The notes beneath the pieces were generated by a model that worked only from the letters and a program-made list of their open reading frames with translations, was not told where the DNA came from and did no database searches. A DNA stretch of 64,000 nt from the human T2T-CHM13v2.0 reference genome, Homo sapiens, in the NCBI RefSeq assembly GCF_009914755.1, contig NC_060931.1; one strand, given 5' to 3'. Below, piece by piece: positions 26,704 through 39,234 of this stretch. Numbering within the stretch: the stretch's first letter is position 1; each line of letters starts with the position of its first letter. Made by a program: the position numbers and the translations under genes.

Positions 26704-27167
26704 TGTGATGGTTTATTCTGTGTGTCAACTCAGCTAACACACAGTACCCAAACATTTGTCCCAGTGCTGCTCTAGGTGTTGCTGTGACGATATTGTTTTT
26801 TAGATGAGATCAATATTTAAATCAGTAGACTTTGAGTAAAACAGATTAACCTCCACATATGGGCAAACCCCAATTAGTCAGTTGAAGAGCTTGAGAGGGA
26901 AAAAAAACCCAAAACTGGGGTTTTTTTTTTTCCTCTATGTCCATTAAAGCTATACCCATTAAAGAAGGAATTCTACCTCCAGATTGGCTTTCAACTTAAG
27001 ACCACAACATCAACTCTTTCCTGGGTCTCTAATCTGCCGACCTGCTCTGCCAAATTTGGACTTGCCAGGTCCTACAATCTTATGAGCCAATTCTTTAAAA
27101 TAAATCTCTTTCTCTTTATATATACATGCATCCTTTTGGTTCTATTTCTCTGGGACATGCTAATATA
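26704..27167 (+). mobile_element. MLT2D-like solo ERVL LTR inserted in an antisense L2 (~26490-27420)
   Basis: tgtgatggtttattctgtgtgtcaact...aaatcagtagactttgagtaaa...gagccaattctttaaaataaatctc...taatata. Confidence 0.85.
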
Positions 27168-28218
27168 TAGCCATAGAAAGACAACATTGAGGAAGTGATG
27201 CTTAGTTTGAGCTTTGAAAAAAGAGAAGGAATAGTTGAATGAAGAGGGAATGGAAATAACATTCCAGTAGAAGGAAGAACATGATCAAAGGCCTTCAGGT
27301 GATAAGATACTGCATATTCAAAGAATAAATGCAGAGAGTATTGACGAACGTGCCATGAGACAAGTCAAGTGAGATAGACGAAATCGTACAGAACTTGGCC
27401 ATTTTATGTGAAGGAAATTCACAGACCACCATTTTTTTTGTATTTAACTTTATAAATGATAAAATTAGATCTACATAGCGGTATTAATTATATTTTAAAT
27501 TGTTCATAATTTAAATAGTAGTTTAGTAGTACTTTTTCCTTCTATTAATGCATTGATCAAGAGCAAACTGTTATCTGCTTTTTATTATCCAAACTCAGAG
27601 ACAATCTGGAAAAAATAATAGAAACAAATCCCACGTGGCTCAAATGGATGTTTGAAAATGTGAGAAAAGATCAAATATCTGCTACATTGAATCAAAACTT
27701 CAGTAAAACATTAGCAGAGGTTGAGTGAGCCTGACAAAAGTTCACAAAACAATTCACTTAAGATAATGAAGAAGGAAGTTCAAGTGTGAGGGAGGCAGAA
27801 AGAGATTCAGATTATTTAATATTGCTTAGTTATTGTGCTTTAAAAAATACCATTTGGCCTTCTAAAATGTCAGTGCACATTTTTGTAAATTTCACTGCAC
27901 GTCTATTCATTGTATCGCTTCTTTTAGACCTTTGAATGCTATTGTGCACGTTCTTGGGATTGTCAAATATTTTTGAAACCATACACGTATTAGTGTCATA
28001 GAAAAAAGTGGATGAGTAAAAGAAAAAAATACATAAATCTTGAAAAAGCTTTATGATAGATGCTTTTTAAATAATTTGCATTTAAAAAATCAGAATAGAT
28101 TTTTAAAGGAAGGGATATAGTAGTAAATGAACACATTGTTTCCCATTCTTAAGTCCATTTTTTGTAATTAAGAAATTGAGCATAATGGTGGGAGAATAAA
28201 TTTTTAGAATATAAACCA

Positions 28219-28526
<308 letters not shown>

Positions 28527-28574
28527 GATATAAGCTACTTTTCCCCTAAGAATTTAGCGAATAACCTTTCAGGA

Positions 28575-29010
28575 AATATATTAAATTCTGCATTATACAC
28601 ACACATATACATTATAATGTATTGACTGATATAGTTATGAAGGCGAAGCTCAGCAATGTGCTGTCTGCAAGCTGGTGTCCCAGAAAAGTTGCTGGTGTAG
28701 TTTGAAGGCATCAGAGCCAGAAAGCTGATAGTCAGATTCTAGTGAGAATAAGAAGGCCTGAGGATAAGGAGCACCAAGGGTAGAAGAGTGATGTTACATC
28801 TCAAGCAATTAGGCAGAGGTTGAATTCAACCTTATTTGGTCCTTTTGTCCTATTCAGGACACTGGGGAGGGCCCTCTGTTTTACTCAGTTTATCAATTCA
28901 AATGTTAATCTCTTCTGAAAATACTCTCACAGACACACAAAAATATGTTTAGCCAGCTATCTGGGCATCCTGTAGCCAAGTTAATTTGACACATAAAGTT
29001 AACCATTACA
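28575..29010 (-). mobile_element. MLT2B/C-like solo ERVL LTR
   Basis: ctgtctgcaagctgg...attcaaatgttaatctcttctgaaaatactctcacagacac...ttgacacataaagttaaccattaca. Confidence 0.8.
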
Positions 29011-29301
29011 CTAATATGTAAATGCTATATTTTCTAAGAAATGAAAATAGTGCACGTGCTCCTGAAACCATGAAGTTCTTTGAAAAGTCAGCTCTACCTT
29101 GAAAATTTTTCCATGTTCCCCTTATCTGCTTTACCAACTTATTTTAGCTTTACACTGTTGTTGAGGTTTTTGCTGCCTGAATGTTCACGTCTTTGTGTTT
29201 CTTAAATGGCTGTATGTATCTGTTTTATGTCAGCTAACATTGTGACAGCCAATTGTCCTTTTGTCATAATCTTTTTTTGTTTTTAGTCCACTCTGAACAA
29301 T

Positions 29302-29319
29302 TTGTTGTTGTTGTTGTTG
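29302..29319. repeat. (TTG)6 microsatellite
   Basis: Read directly. Confidence 0.9.
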
Positions 29320-31132
29320 CTTTAGATGATGGAGAAGAGGGTAGATTAGGGAATGCCAAACATCCATGATACTATTAATTACCATACCTTTAAAAATCTG
29401 TTTAGAGCCACTGCAGCAAGAAAGAAAAGAGAAGCACTGAAACTTCAGCTGTCATCAACTGGCTACCTTCTGCCAGGAGAATATAAAACCTACTAAAGGG
29501 ATTTTTGTTCTCGGAGAGAATGTTGCTGTGATGGTAATGAGATGCTAACTTCTAAGTTCAGCTATCAGATGACATAATTTACAGTGCACATATCTCATCA
29601 AAAGCATTCAAAATGACCAAAAGATCACTTGTGGGAATAAAAGTTATGTAACATCTGGGCAGGTGGCAGGCAATATTTGTTCAACGGTCTGGCAATTGGC
29701 TTACTTCACTAAGGACTGTGTGGTTCTTGGGTCTCTTCTGTTTAATATCATTCATTGGTCCTTCACTTTCATAGCCACTTCCAGGTTACATTTCAAAAAG
29801 AATTTTATTTAGTAGGATGCATAGTTACACGTATTGAGGAAATGTAAAATTAGATTACCGCAGACATAACTAAATCTCATACTAGGGAAAGTTTTTAGAC
29901 TTACAGACTTCAATCATTAGGAAATAAAGGATATCTTATTGCTTCAACCCTGAGACCACTTTTAGTCTAATCCACTCTACACCCCCATATCGCCAATAGA
30001 TTTCTTGACTGTATTGTTACCACATATCTAATTTCAACTAGTGACAAGATTCTTAACTTACAGCCTGGTACTCCTTCTACTATTTCATACTGTCTTTACT
30101 GCCCTCCAGGAGAGGATGCAGAAACAAGAAACAATTTGACTCGAACTCACCAAGATAAATCATTACCACTTTTCTTTGCTTCCATTTGTGCTATATACCC
30201 AAAGGCTTGGGAAGTTAAAAACATGAGCTTTAGTAGTGAAAGTTCTTGCCAGCGTTGTTTGCCAAGCAACCACATAAAAATACTGAACCCTTGTTTTCTT
30301 AGTAACATTTCCTTTCTTCACTGAGAAATGGATAAGTTGCAAGTATTGATTAATTGCATTATAGAACAAACAATTACTGAGAAGCAATTTGATTTTAAAA
30401 ATTAAGCTACTTGAGGGGAAACTTTTATTAAACCTCATGAACTAATATATCAGCCAGAATGTCCAGACAGTACAGGTTGATTTTTGTTATTCTTGGGCAG
30501 CCAGCCTTTGGTATTGGATATAAGATATCATACTCACAGAAGATTAGTGAGTGGCAATTTTTAAATTATAGTAGTTCTTTGCCACATGAAGAGTGTTTAA
30601 AAAAATGTTTTTTTGTTCAAATAGCATTGCTCCCTGAAAATGACAAGAATGAAAGAACTAGCTATCCTTTAATTTCAAACAGTGTTATCTCAAGCAACAG
30701 TAGTTCAATGATTTTGTTCTTCTTTCTAATGACCTAAGCCCAGGGTAAATGATTTATAATGTTTGCTTCACAGTCACAACAGTAAAATCATATCGTGAAA
30801 TGATCTCTTCATTTTTCATGATAGATTACTTTGAATAAAATTGCATTTAGGCAATATCCAATATTTACTAGCCTCTTCCAGATATATCTAAATTACAACA
30901 AACAGTAGGCTCTTTTTCGCTGCAAATTGCTGTATTTCCGAAACAGAAATTTCTTTTCTTTCTTTCTTATAACCCTTATTCAGATAGTAAAGCTAATTCT
31001 AGAAATGGTGATGTCATCTGAATATTATAGTCGATCTCTGAAAAGTAGTTATGCAATAGACCTATAATGTAGGAATACAATAGCTTTTTTAATTTAGCCA
31101 AATATACACTTACATGTGCATATTACACGTAA

Positions 31133-31173
<41 letters not shown>
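31133..31173. repeat. (AT)3(AC)13(AT)4 compound microsatellite
   Basis: Read directly; alternating purine-pyrimidine tract. Confidence 0.95.
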
Positions 31174-31174
<1 letters not shown>

Positions 31175-31280
31175 GTACTCTTAGAAATGATCTTGAAACC
31201 AAATTTATCTTATAGCCCTAGAGCACTGTAGTTCTAACTAGTAATTAATTTTTAAAGATAGCTTTATGAATTAAAACAGA

Positions 31281-32918
31281 ATTTTAAAAATTTTGTATTT
31301 GTATTGATTTAGGGGTACAAGTGTAGTTATATTACATGCATAGTGGTGAAGTCCAGACTTTTAGTGCACCCATCAGACTAACAGTGTACGTTGTAGCCAA
31401 TAGGTAGTGTTTCATCCCTCAATCCTCTTCCCTTCCCTTTCAAAGTTTCTGATGTCTGTTTATTTCACTCTATATGTCCATGTGTGCCCATTGTTTATCT
31501 CCCACTTATAAGTGAGGACACATGGTTTTTGACTTTCTGCTTCTGTATTATTTTACCTAGGAAAATGGTCTCTAGTTCCATCTATGTTGCTACAAAAGAC
31601 ATGGTTTCATTCTTTTTATGGCTGTGTAGCATTCCATGGTGTGTATGTCCCACATTTTCGTTATGCAATTCACTATTGATGGGCACCTAGGTTAATTTCA
31701 TGACTTTACTATTGTGAATAGTGCTGCAATGAATATATGAGTTTATGTGTCTTCTTGATATAATGATATTTTCCTTTGGGTAGATACCCGGTAGTGTGGT
31801 TGCTGGATCAAAGGGTATTTCTATTTTTAGTTCTATGAGAAATTTCCATACTGTTTTCCATAAAAGTCGTACTCATTTATAGTCCCACCAACAGTTTATA
31901 CTAATTCCCTTTTCTCTGCATTCTTGCCAACATCTATTGTTTCTTGACTTTTTAGTAATAGCCATTCTGACTGGTATGAGATTGTATCTCATTGTGGTTT
32001 TGATTTAAATTTCTCTGAGGATTAGTGATGTTGAGCATTCTTTCGTATGTTTGTTGGCTGCTTGTATATCTTCCTGTGAAAGATACCTGTTCATGTCTTC
32101 TGACTGCTTTTTAATGGGGTTATTTGGTGTTATTCTTGTTGAGTTGTTTGAGTTCCTTGTAAATTCTGGATATTGGCTCTTTGTCTAATTCATTATTTAC
32201 AATTATTCTCTCCCACTTTGTAGGTTGCCTGTTTTTAGATTACTTCTTTTGCTGTGCAAAAGTTTTTCAATTAATTAATTCCCATTTGTCTATTTTTGTT
32301 TTGGTTGCATTTTCTTTTGAGCATGTACTCATAAATTCTTTACCTTGACCAGTGTCCAGAAGAGTTTTTTTAATAGGTTTTCTACTAGGATTTTTATAGT
32401 TTCAGGTCTCATATTTAAGTCTTTAATCCATCTTGGGCTATTTTTTATGGTAAGAGATAGGGGTTCAGTTTCATTGTTCTGCATATGGCTCTCCAGTTTT
32501 TTCAGCACTGTTTATTGAATTGGAATCCTTTCTCCAGTGTATGTTTTTGTCGATTTTGTCAAAGATCACTTGGTTGTGGGTGTGAAGCTTTATTTCTGGC
32601 ATCTCTATTATGCTTCATTGATCTATGTATCTATTTCTATACCAGTACTATGCTGTTTTGGTTACCATAGCCTTCTAGTATAGTTTGAAGTCATGTATTA
32701 TAAAGCGTCTGGCTTTATTCTTTTTACTTAGGATTGCTTTGGCTATTCAGGCTCTGTTTTGGTTGCACATTAATTTTAGGGTTATTTTTTCTAATGCTGT
32801 GGAGAATGATATTGGTAATTTGATAAGAATTGCATTAAATATGTAGATCGTTTTGGGCAATTTGGTCATATTAATATTAATTCTTCTGTTCTATGAGTTT
32901 GGCATGTTTTTCCATTTG
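31281..32918 (-). mobile_element. L1PB3/4-like, 5'-truncated
   Basis: ggggtacaagtg...tagtggtgaagtccagacttttagtgcacccatca...cccacttataagtgag, then antisense ORF2 to tttccatttg. Confidence 0.9.
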
Positions 32919-35523
32919 AAATAAGACAATATCTTATTTGGAGTCTTTCTGTCTGAATTCCAAAATTCATTTACTCTCCTGTATAGCTAAGGGGATTTGA
33001 ATTGTGTTATGTGAGTGTAAATTAATACTAATTTTAAATAGTAATCTTCAATTATTTTCATAGATGAATATGGTGTACAAAATAAGATATGTGAAGACTG
33101 AGCTAGTGTGAAAGTCTCTAGATAAACTGAGAAGATTTTGAGATACTTGTTAATAAATTGCAGTTTATTTGTTGTATAATAAGAGTTTAATGGGTTTCAG
33201 GATTTCATTTCTGGATTATTAGTGTTCTATAGGTAAGTTTCATGCAATAAGTATTTGTTTTGTTTCTGAACACACATCAATTTGAGCACCTTACCAAATC
33301 TCGCAGCATTGACTTGTTGAGCACTTGGTATAATGAACTAAGTTGCAGGTCATATTTATGCCAGATACAAACTTGTAATTAATTAGTACATAAAATTTTA
33401 CCTTGAAATATTTTATAAGTAGAATATAAAATCCTGACCTGCAAGGAAAAAATATATATAATGAATGGCAAGAAGGACAATCAATAAGAACTAAGAGAAC
33501 ATTAAAAAATAGTGAGATCATTAGCTCAAGCCCCTCAGACAGTCTTGGTCTCGGTCTAAAGTGATATGGGATTGGAGAGCATTATTATTCTGTAATCATA
33601 CTTTATGTTTAAGAACTTATTGACACTTTAAAACTGTGAGCTGTTTTGCATGATTTACATGCTAACCAATGATATGAACAGATGAGGGAGGAGGTCATTC
33701 ATACCTAAGTGTAGGAGCACATTTATTTTGAATATACATTTTATTTTTCCTTTGAGTGGGCTAATTTCTTTTTAGAGAAATGTCACCAAGGATGGAATGA
33801 AAAGAAGGAAAAAGAAAAGAAAAACATGTAGACAGAGCAAATATACATAAGAAAATTGAATTAATTAGGGAAAAACAAATTTTATCCCTTGCTGTAGGAT
33901 TTAATATGACTTGGAGAGTATATCATCTCCGTGAGACCAACTTGAAAAATAAACGAATGGTATTCTAGTTTGAATGTAAAAAGAAGATTAAGTGTCCTGA
34001 ATATAATAATAAACTCAGAAAAATAATGAAATTCACTCAGATACTAATGTGCAAACACCAGGAGGGCTCTAGGAAAAATATAACAATAAAAATCTTGTTT
34101 CATATTAATTGCATCATTTGACAAACTGAACATTGAGTTGCTTATGTCCAGCAGCCCTTACATAGGCAAGATCACAGATGTACTCTGAGATGTTAAAATG
34201 CTAGAAATCCATCTTCCCAGGAGGATTTTTGCCAATTAGTTTAGGACTAAAGAATCCTGCCAGGCATGTGGCTGCCCAGCAAGCTAGAGGATCAGAAACA
34301 GGAAAAAAGAAATATTTTATAAGAGAGAGCTAAAAAAAACAGCAACTCAGCTGGTAGCACAAAACTATGCTTAAAAGTAACTTTAGGATTAGGAAGCTTT
34401 CATAGTGGATTGCATTATAATTTTAGAAGTCTTTTTGGGAAGATTTGCTGTATTTCTGGCATCAAAAAATTGTGTAAAGATTAAATGATGTGCTTATTCA
34501 TTATGATAGCCTGCACTTAATAAAGAACCTAATTAATTGCTTTTGCAGATATTGCAGAGTAATTGACGGGATCATGATGAGCCAATTTTATCACCTTAGA
34601 AATATGTTGGATATTTGGACCTCTGTAACAATTGATTAGATGGACTTTTACTTTTTAAGTCTTTATTTGGAGATGAAGCATCACCATATATGGAGGAAAA
34701 ACTATACTCAGTAAAATAAAAATCTAAAACATAAATATAACTTTCAAATTATTGAGCAGCTCTAACTCATTGCCAGAACTAAGGTATGGACTTTCTCCTT
34801 GAGTTAATTAGCTACATTTTTTCTCCTTACTCGAGTTAGCTACATGGCTTATAAAGAAAAAGAGAAATACATTTTCTGCTCATTCTTTTTTTGTTCTTTA
34901 TTTCTAAACTATTTAGCCATAATTTATTCCAAGATATCTTGAAATAAATATGTTTGTTTGGTAGAGGCTTGCATTCTATGAAAACCTACAAGAAGATATC
35001 TCTTCTGAGTTTCAGTAGTTTGCTTGCCTTTATTCGCCTTTAGTCAATTTTCAATTTGTGTTTTCATGATACAATTAAAAAATATTGAATGGCAGGAAGA
35101 CATAACTGAAAGACAAAGCTAGAAAAATTTAGGATGCAAAAACTCACTCTGTGACCATAAATGAATGTGCACATCAAAATAAATATGCTCCTTCATACTC
35201 TTCACTGTTTTTCTTAAGAAAAACTCTAGTCTTTAGGCCTGGGTAATATTATACTCCTCTAGATTTCCTATTACTTTTTTGGGGTAAGGAGTAGGTAAGA
35301 TGTTTGACATATTCCCAAACATTCAGAATACTGCTGCAGACCTTGCAAATATTCAAATAGTACTTATTGGCTATAAGCCAATTATAGAAAAATGACCACC
35401 TACTTGGTGCTAGACCAATGCTGATCAAGCAAGAAATCACTGTGAGAATATATAAAAGAAAATTTTCATAGTACACAAATCAGCTTTATACAATCAAGGC
35501 TCAGAACATTTAAGTGTTTGGGT

Positions 35524-35930
35524 ATGAATTACTCAGGGCCCAACCAGAGACATAGAATCAGTTGGAGATATTAATAGATTTATTGCAAATAACTGCCTTA
35601 CAGGATTGTGGAGGCTGGCTACATCAGTCTGACATCCGTAGAGCGGGCTGTCAGAAAGGGCAGACTTGCAAGCTCAAGTATGGACTGAAGCTGCTGTCCA
35701 CAGGCACAATTTCTACTGCTTCAGGGAAGCCTCAGCTCTGTTCTCACAGCCTTTCAACAGGTTGAATTAGGCCCCCACAAATTATCTAGTATAATTTCCT
35801 TTATCTCTAGTTAATAATAGACTTTAATCATATCTACAAAATAACTCAAGAGCAACACCTAGATTAGTGTTTGGTTGAATAACTGGGAACTGTTACCTTG
35901 CTAAGTAGACACATAAAACTGCCTAATGCG
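35524..35930 (-). mobile_element. MLT2E/F-like solo ERVL LTR
   Basis: gaagctgctgtccacaggc...gcctttcaac...gcaacacctagattagtgtttg...gacacataaaact. Confidence 0.75.
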
Positions 35931-36329
35931 TGGTAATTCCCAGAGGACTGGCATAGAAAAAGATAGCTTTGGATTTAGTAAGATTTGGGCACTAACTGAA
36001 ACTTTAACTATTATTAGCTATGGGATCTTGAGTAAATAACAAAATATTTATGTAGTTATTTCTAAAATTTGACATTCTTATTAATGAAGTATGTGATATC
36101 ATCATTATCAGAATGAGGCTAGGTGTAACACACTTACTGGCACTTAGTACTCCACGAGTGTTAGTTCTTCCTGTCCTTAAAAAATCACATCTTATGGTTA
36201 GTACAGTAATGTTTCTAAATAGCAATGCTTTGTACAATTTAAGAAAGTAAAAAAAAAAAAAAAAAGAAGTGAAAGCTGTGACAGAAAGATCGCAAAATAT
36301 ATTGCAGTTTAAGATATATTAACAGGGTT

Positions 36330-36600
36330 GTTGGAATGAGGCCTAAATTTGAGTATTATCTTAATTAGTGAACAACTGTGACAACCTGGCGTGCCACTTG
36401 ATCATTTTAAGCCTCGGCTGACTCACTTATAAAATGCAGGATGTAAATACTTGCTCTACCCACCTTATAGGAAAATTATTACATAATTAGCTACATCTTT
36501 TCTCCTTACCTGAGTTAGCTAAGTGGCTTATAAAAAAGTACTTGCTCTACCCATCTTATAGGAAAATTATGAAAAACAAATAAAAAATGCATATGAACTC
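36330..36600 (+). mobile_element. MIR fragment carrying a duplication and a templated insertion
   Basis: aactgtgacaacctggc...ttaagcctcggctgactcacttataaaatgcaggatg; see findings. Confidence 0.6.
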
Positions 36601-37039
36601 CAAAAATTACACAAATTATTATGTTGGTCATTAATTCTGATCCACCCTCTGTTGAGTAAATTATAAGGATCTCTTGAGTGCTTCCTTCAAATATTTAGAA
36701 TACCAAAGGGTTTTTTTAAAAAAAAAACATTACAAATGGGGGAAAATCCAAAATCTCTCAGCTATTTATTAATATAAAAACTAATTTCTTAGGACTAAGA
36801 GAAAAATAACAAGTAATTAACTAAGATATTATAGAGTTCTCCTAGGCTTTATGAAAATTATTTTAAAACATTTATTTAAAAAATGCACAGCTAAGTAAGC
36901 TTAAAACTCTGTTATGACACAGAACTCATTCTGTTCAGGTTATGGAACTTTGAAGTTATCAGCAATTTACTTCTGTGTTAGTATAAAGAGCAATCTCCCT
37001 GTACTTTATGAACAGGAAATCTTTATGGAGTTTCTGTGT

Positions 37040-37590
37040 GTATTTAATCCAGTTATCAACTGCTGAGTAACAAAGTATCTCAAAACCTAGTTGCATCAAA
37101 AAAAATTTATTTCTTAATGCTCATGAATTCTGTGTGATAGGAATTCAGATAAGGCATAGTGGTGATAATTTGTTTCTTTTCTAAAGTATTTGGGGCCTGA
37201 GATGGGAAGAATAGAATGTTTGGGTAACTTGCTGTGGGCTGGAAAGATGTGAAGGCTTGGGGGCAGGCTTGAGATGTTTCTAAGACAGGGTTCAGCTGTA
37301 ACTGCAACACATAACTTTTCCATGTGGCTTTGGTTTTCTTACACCATGGTTGACACAAAAATAATTGGGCTTCTTATATACTGGCTCAGAGCATCAAAAG
37401 TGACCAATTTCAGGGATTAAGGCAGAAGCTGAGCACCCTTTGTGACCCAGTCTCAGAAGAAACGAAGTATCACTTCAACCACATCTATTGGTCAAAACAG
37501 TCACAAGCTTACCCAGATTGAAGGTGATGAGACATAGTACCCAAATCTTACCAGGTAGGAAATAAGTTTTAGCCATTTAAATTTAGTTCT
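37040..37590 (-). mobile_element. MLT1H-like MaLR LTR
   Basis: tgctgagtaacaaagtatctcaaaacctagttgc...gctcatgaattctgtg...tcacttcaaccacatctattggtcaaaacagtcacaag. Confidence 0.75.
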
Positions 37591-38004
37591 ATGATACATT
37601 TCAAATCAAATTTTGCATATGGAGTAGATATTTGAGATATTGGTTGAGGTTAATTTTTCATGATAGACCTCCAATTTTTCCAACTCCTTTTGTTGAACAG
37701 ATTATTATTTCTCCCAGTACTACATAATGTAGTCCCTGACTGAATGTGCAACTTGCATACCAGTTAAAGCCAGAGGAGACCTGTAAACTGTTTAAAGTTA
37801 AAAAGCATTTCCAGACCCACACACAGATCCATTAGCAAAGAGTCAAAACTTAACTGCCTCAACGGGTTTAAGCACAACCCCTTACCAATTATTGGCTGAC
37901 CACTAAGCTATGTTGATCCAGGTATAACACTAGGAAATCAGGCTTAAAATTAAAAATACCACACACCACTGGAGAGATACGCTTTACTGTGTTACTCTAA
38001 GCAA

Positions 38005-38006
<2 letters not shown>

Positions 38007-38040
<34 letters not shown>
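38007..38040. repeat. (AC)17 microsatellite
   Basis: Read directly. Confidence 0.95.
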
Positions 38041-38042
<2 letters not shown>

Positions 38043-38129
38043 CAAAACAGCAACAGAGAGATTGGCATCCAGAGTTGCTACAATGTACCGTCTAAAACGT
38101 CCAGTTTTCAACAAAAGTATGAGACATGC

Positions 38130-39233
38130 TGCTATGGCTTGAGTGTCCCCACCAAAGCTCATGTTGGAATGTAATTGTCAAGATAATAATATTGGAAGGT
38201 GATTAGATCATGGTGGCTTTGGCCTAATGAATGGATTAAAGCCATTATCATGAGAGGGGGTTTGTTATTGCTGGAATGAGCTCCTGATAAAAGGATGAGT
38301 ATAGTCCCTCCCTCTTTTGCTCTCTGTCTGGCATGCTCTTTCCCTCTCTTCTACACTCCCTTGCCTTGTGATGCCTTCCCCAATGGAATGACCCTTGCTA
38401 AATGGTGGCACCGTGCTTTGTGCTCTGCTGCAATGACAGAAAACCACAAATGGGGTAATTTATAAAGAAAAGCCAAGATCTTTGCTACTGCTTAACAAGA
38501 ATGGCCTTTAGTCCAGTTTTCAATACTTTGATCTTTATTTCCATCTCAGGAACCCCAAAAGTGGGCCTGTTGCTATGCTAAATACCTGAAAATGTGGAAG
38601 CAGTTTTAGAACTGGGTAATGAGTAAAGGCTGAAAGAATTTAAAGGGTAAGGCTAGAAAAAGTCTATATTGCTGTGAATGGAGCATAAATGATGATTTTG
38701 ATGAGGACTTAGAAGAAAAGGAGAGCTGTAGGGAAAAATCTAAATCTTCTTAGAGATTACCTAAGTGGTAATGATGAGAATGCTTGTAGAAATATAGACA
38801 ATAAAGACCATTCTGATAGTATTAGATGGAAACAAGAAGCAAGGTACTGGAAACCAGAGTAAAGGCCATTTTTGTTCCACAGTAGTAAAGACCTTGGCTG
38901 AATTGGGGGCAGATTTCTCATGAATGGTTTAGCACTGTCCCCTTGGTGCTGTCCTCTCAATAGTGATAGTGAATTATTATGAGAACTTGTCATCTAAAAA
39001 TGTGTGGCACCTCCCTATCTTTCCTATTCCTGCTCTGGTCATGTGACATGCCTGTTCCCCTTTACTTTCTGCCATGATTGTAAGTTTCCTGAGGCCTCTG
39101 CAGAAGCCAAGCAGATGCCAGCATCAAGCTTCCTCCACAACCTGCAGAACTATATGCTAATTAAGCTGCTATTCTTTATATACTACCCAGTCTCAGGCAT
39201 TTCTTTATAGCAATGTGAGAATAAACTAATACA
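38130..39233 (+). mobile_element. Rearranged MST (MaLR): MSTC-like LTR, inverted segment, MST-internal, MSTA-like LTR 3' part
   Basis: tgctatggcttgagtgtcccc...ctcctgataaaaggatgag (MSTC-like); aaatacctgaaaatgtggaagcag (internal); ccatgattgtaagtttcctgaggcc...tttatagcaatgtgagaataaactaataca (MSTA-like). Confidence 0.8.
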
Positions 39234-39234
39234 G

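Noticed and set aside
26894-26936. Intrinsic terminator or pre-miRNA hairpin
   Set aside because: Eukaryotic context, homopolymer stem, located inside an LTR
36448-36570. CRISPR-like repeat-spacer-repeat with a self-derived spacer
   Set aside because: Only two repeats, derived from a MIR in primate DNA, with no cas genes; repair-associated templated insertion explains it
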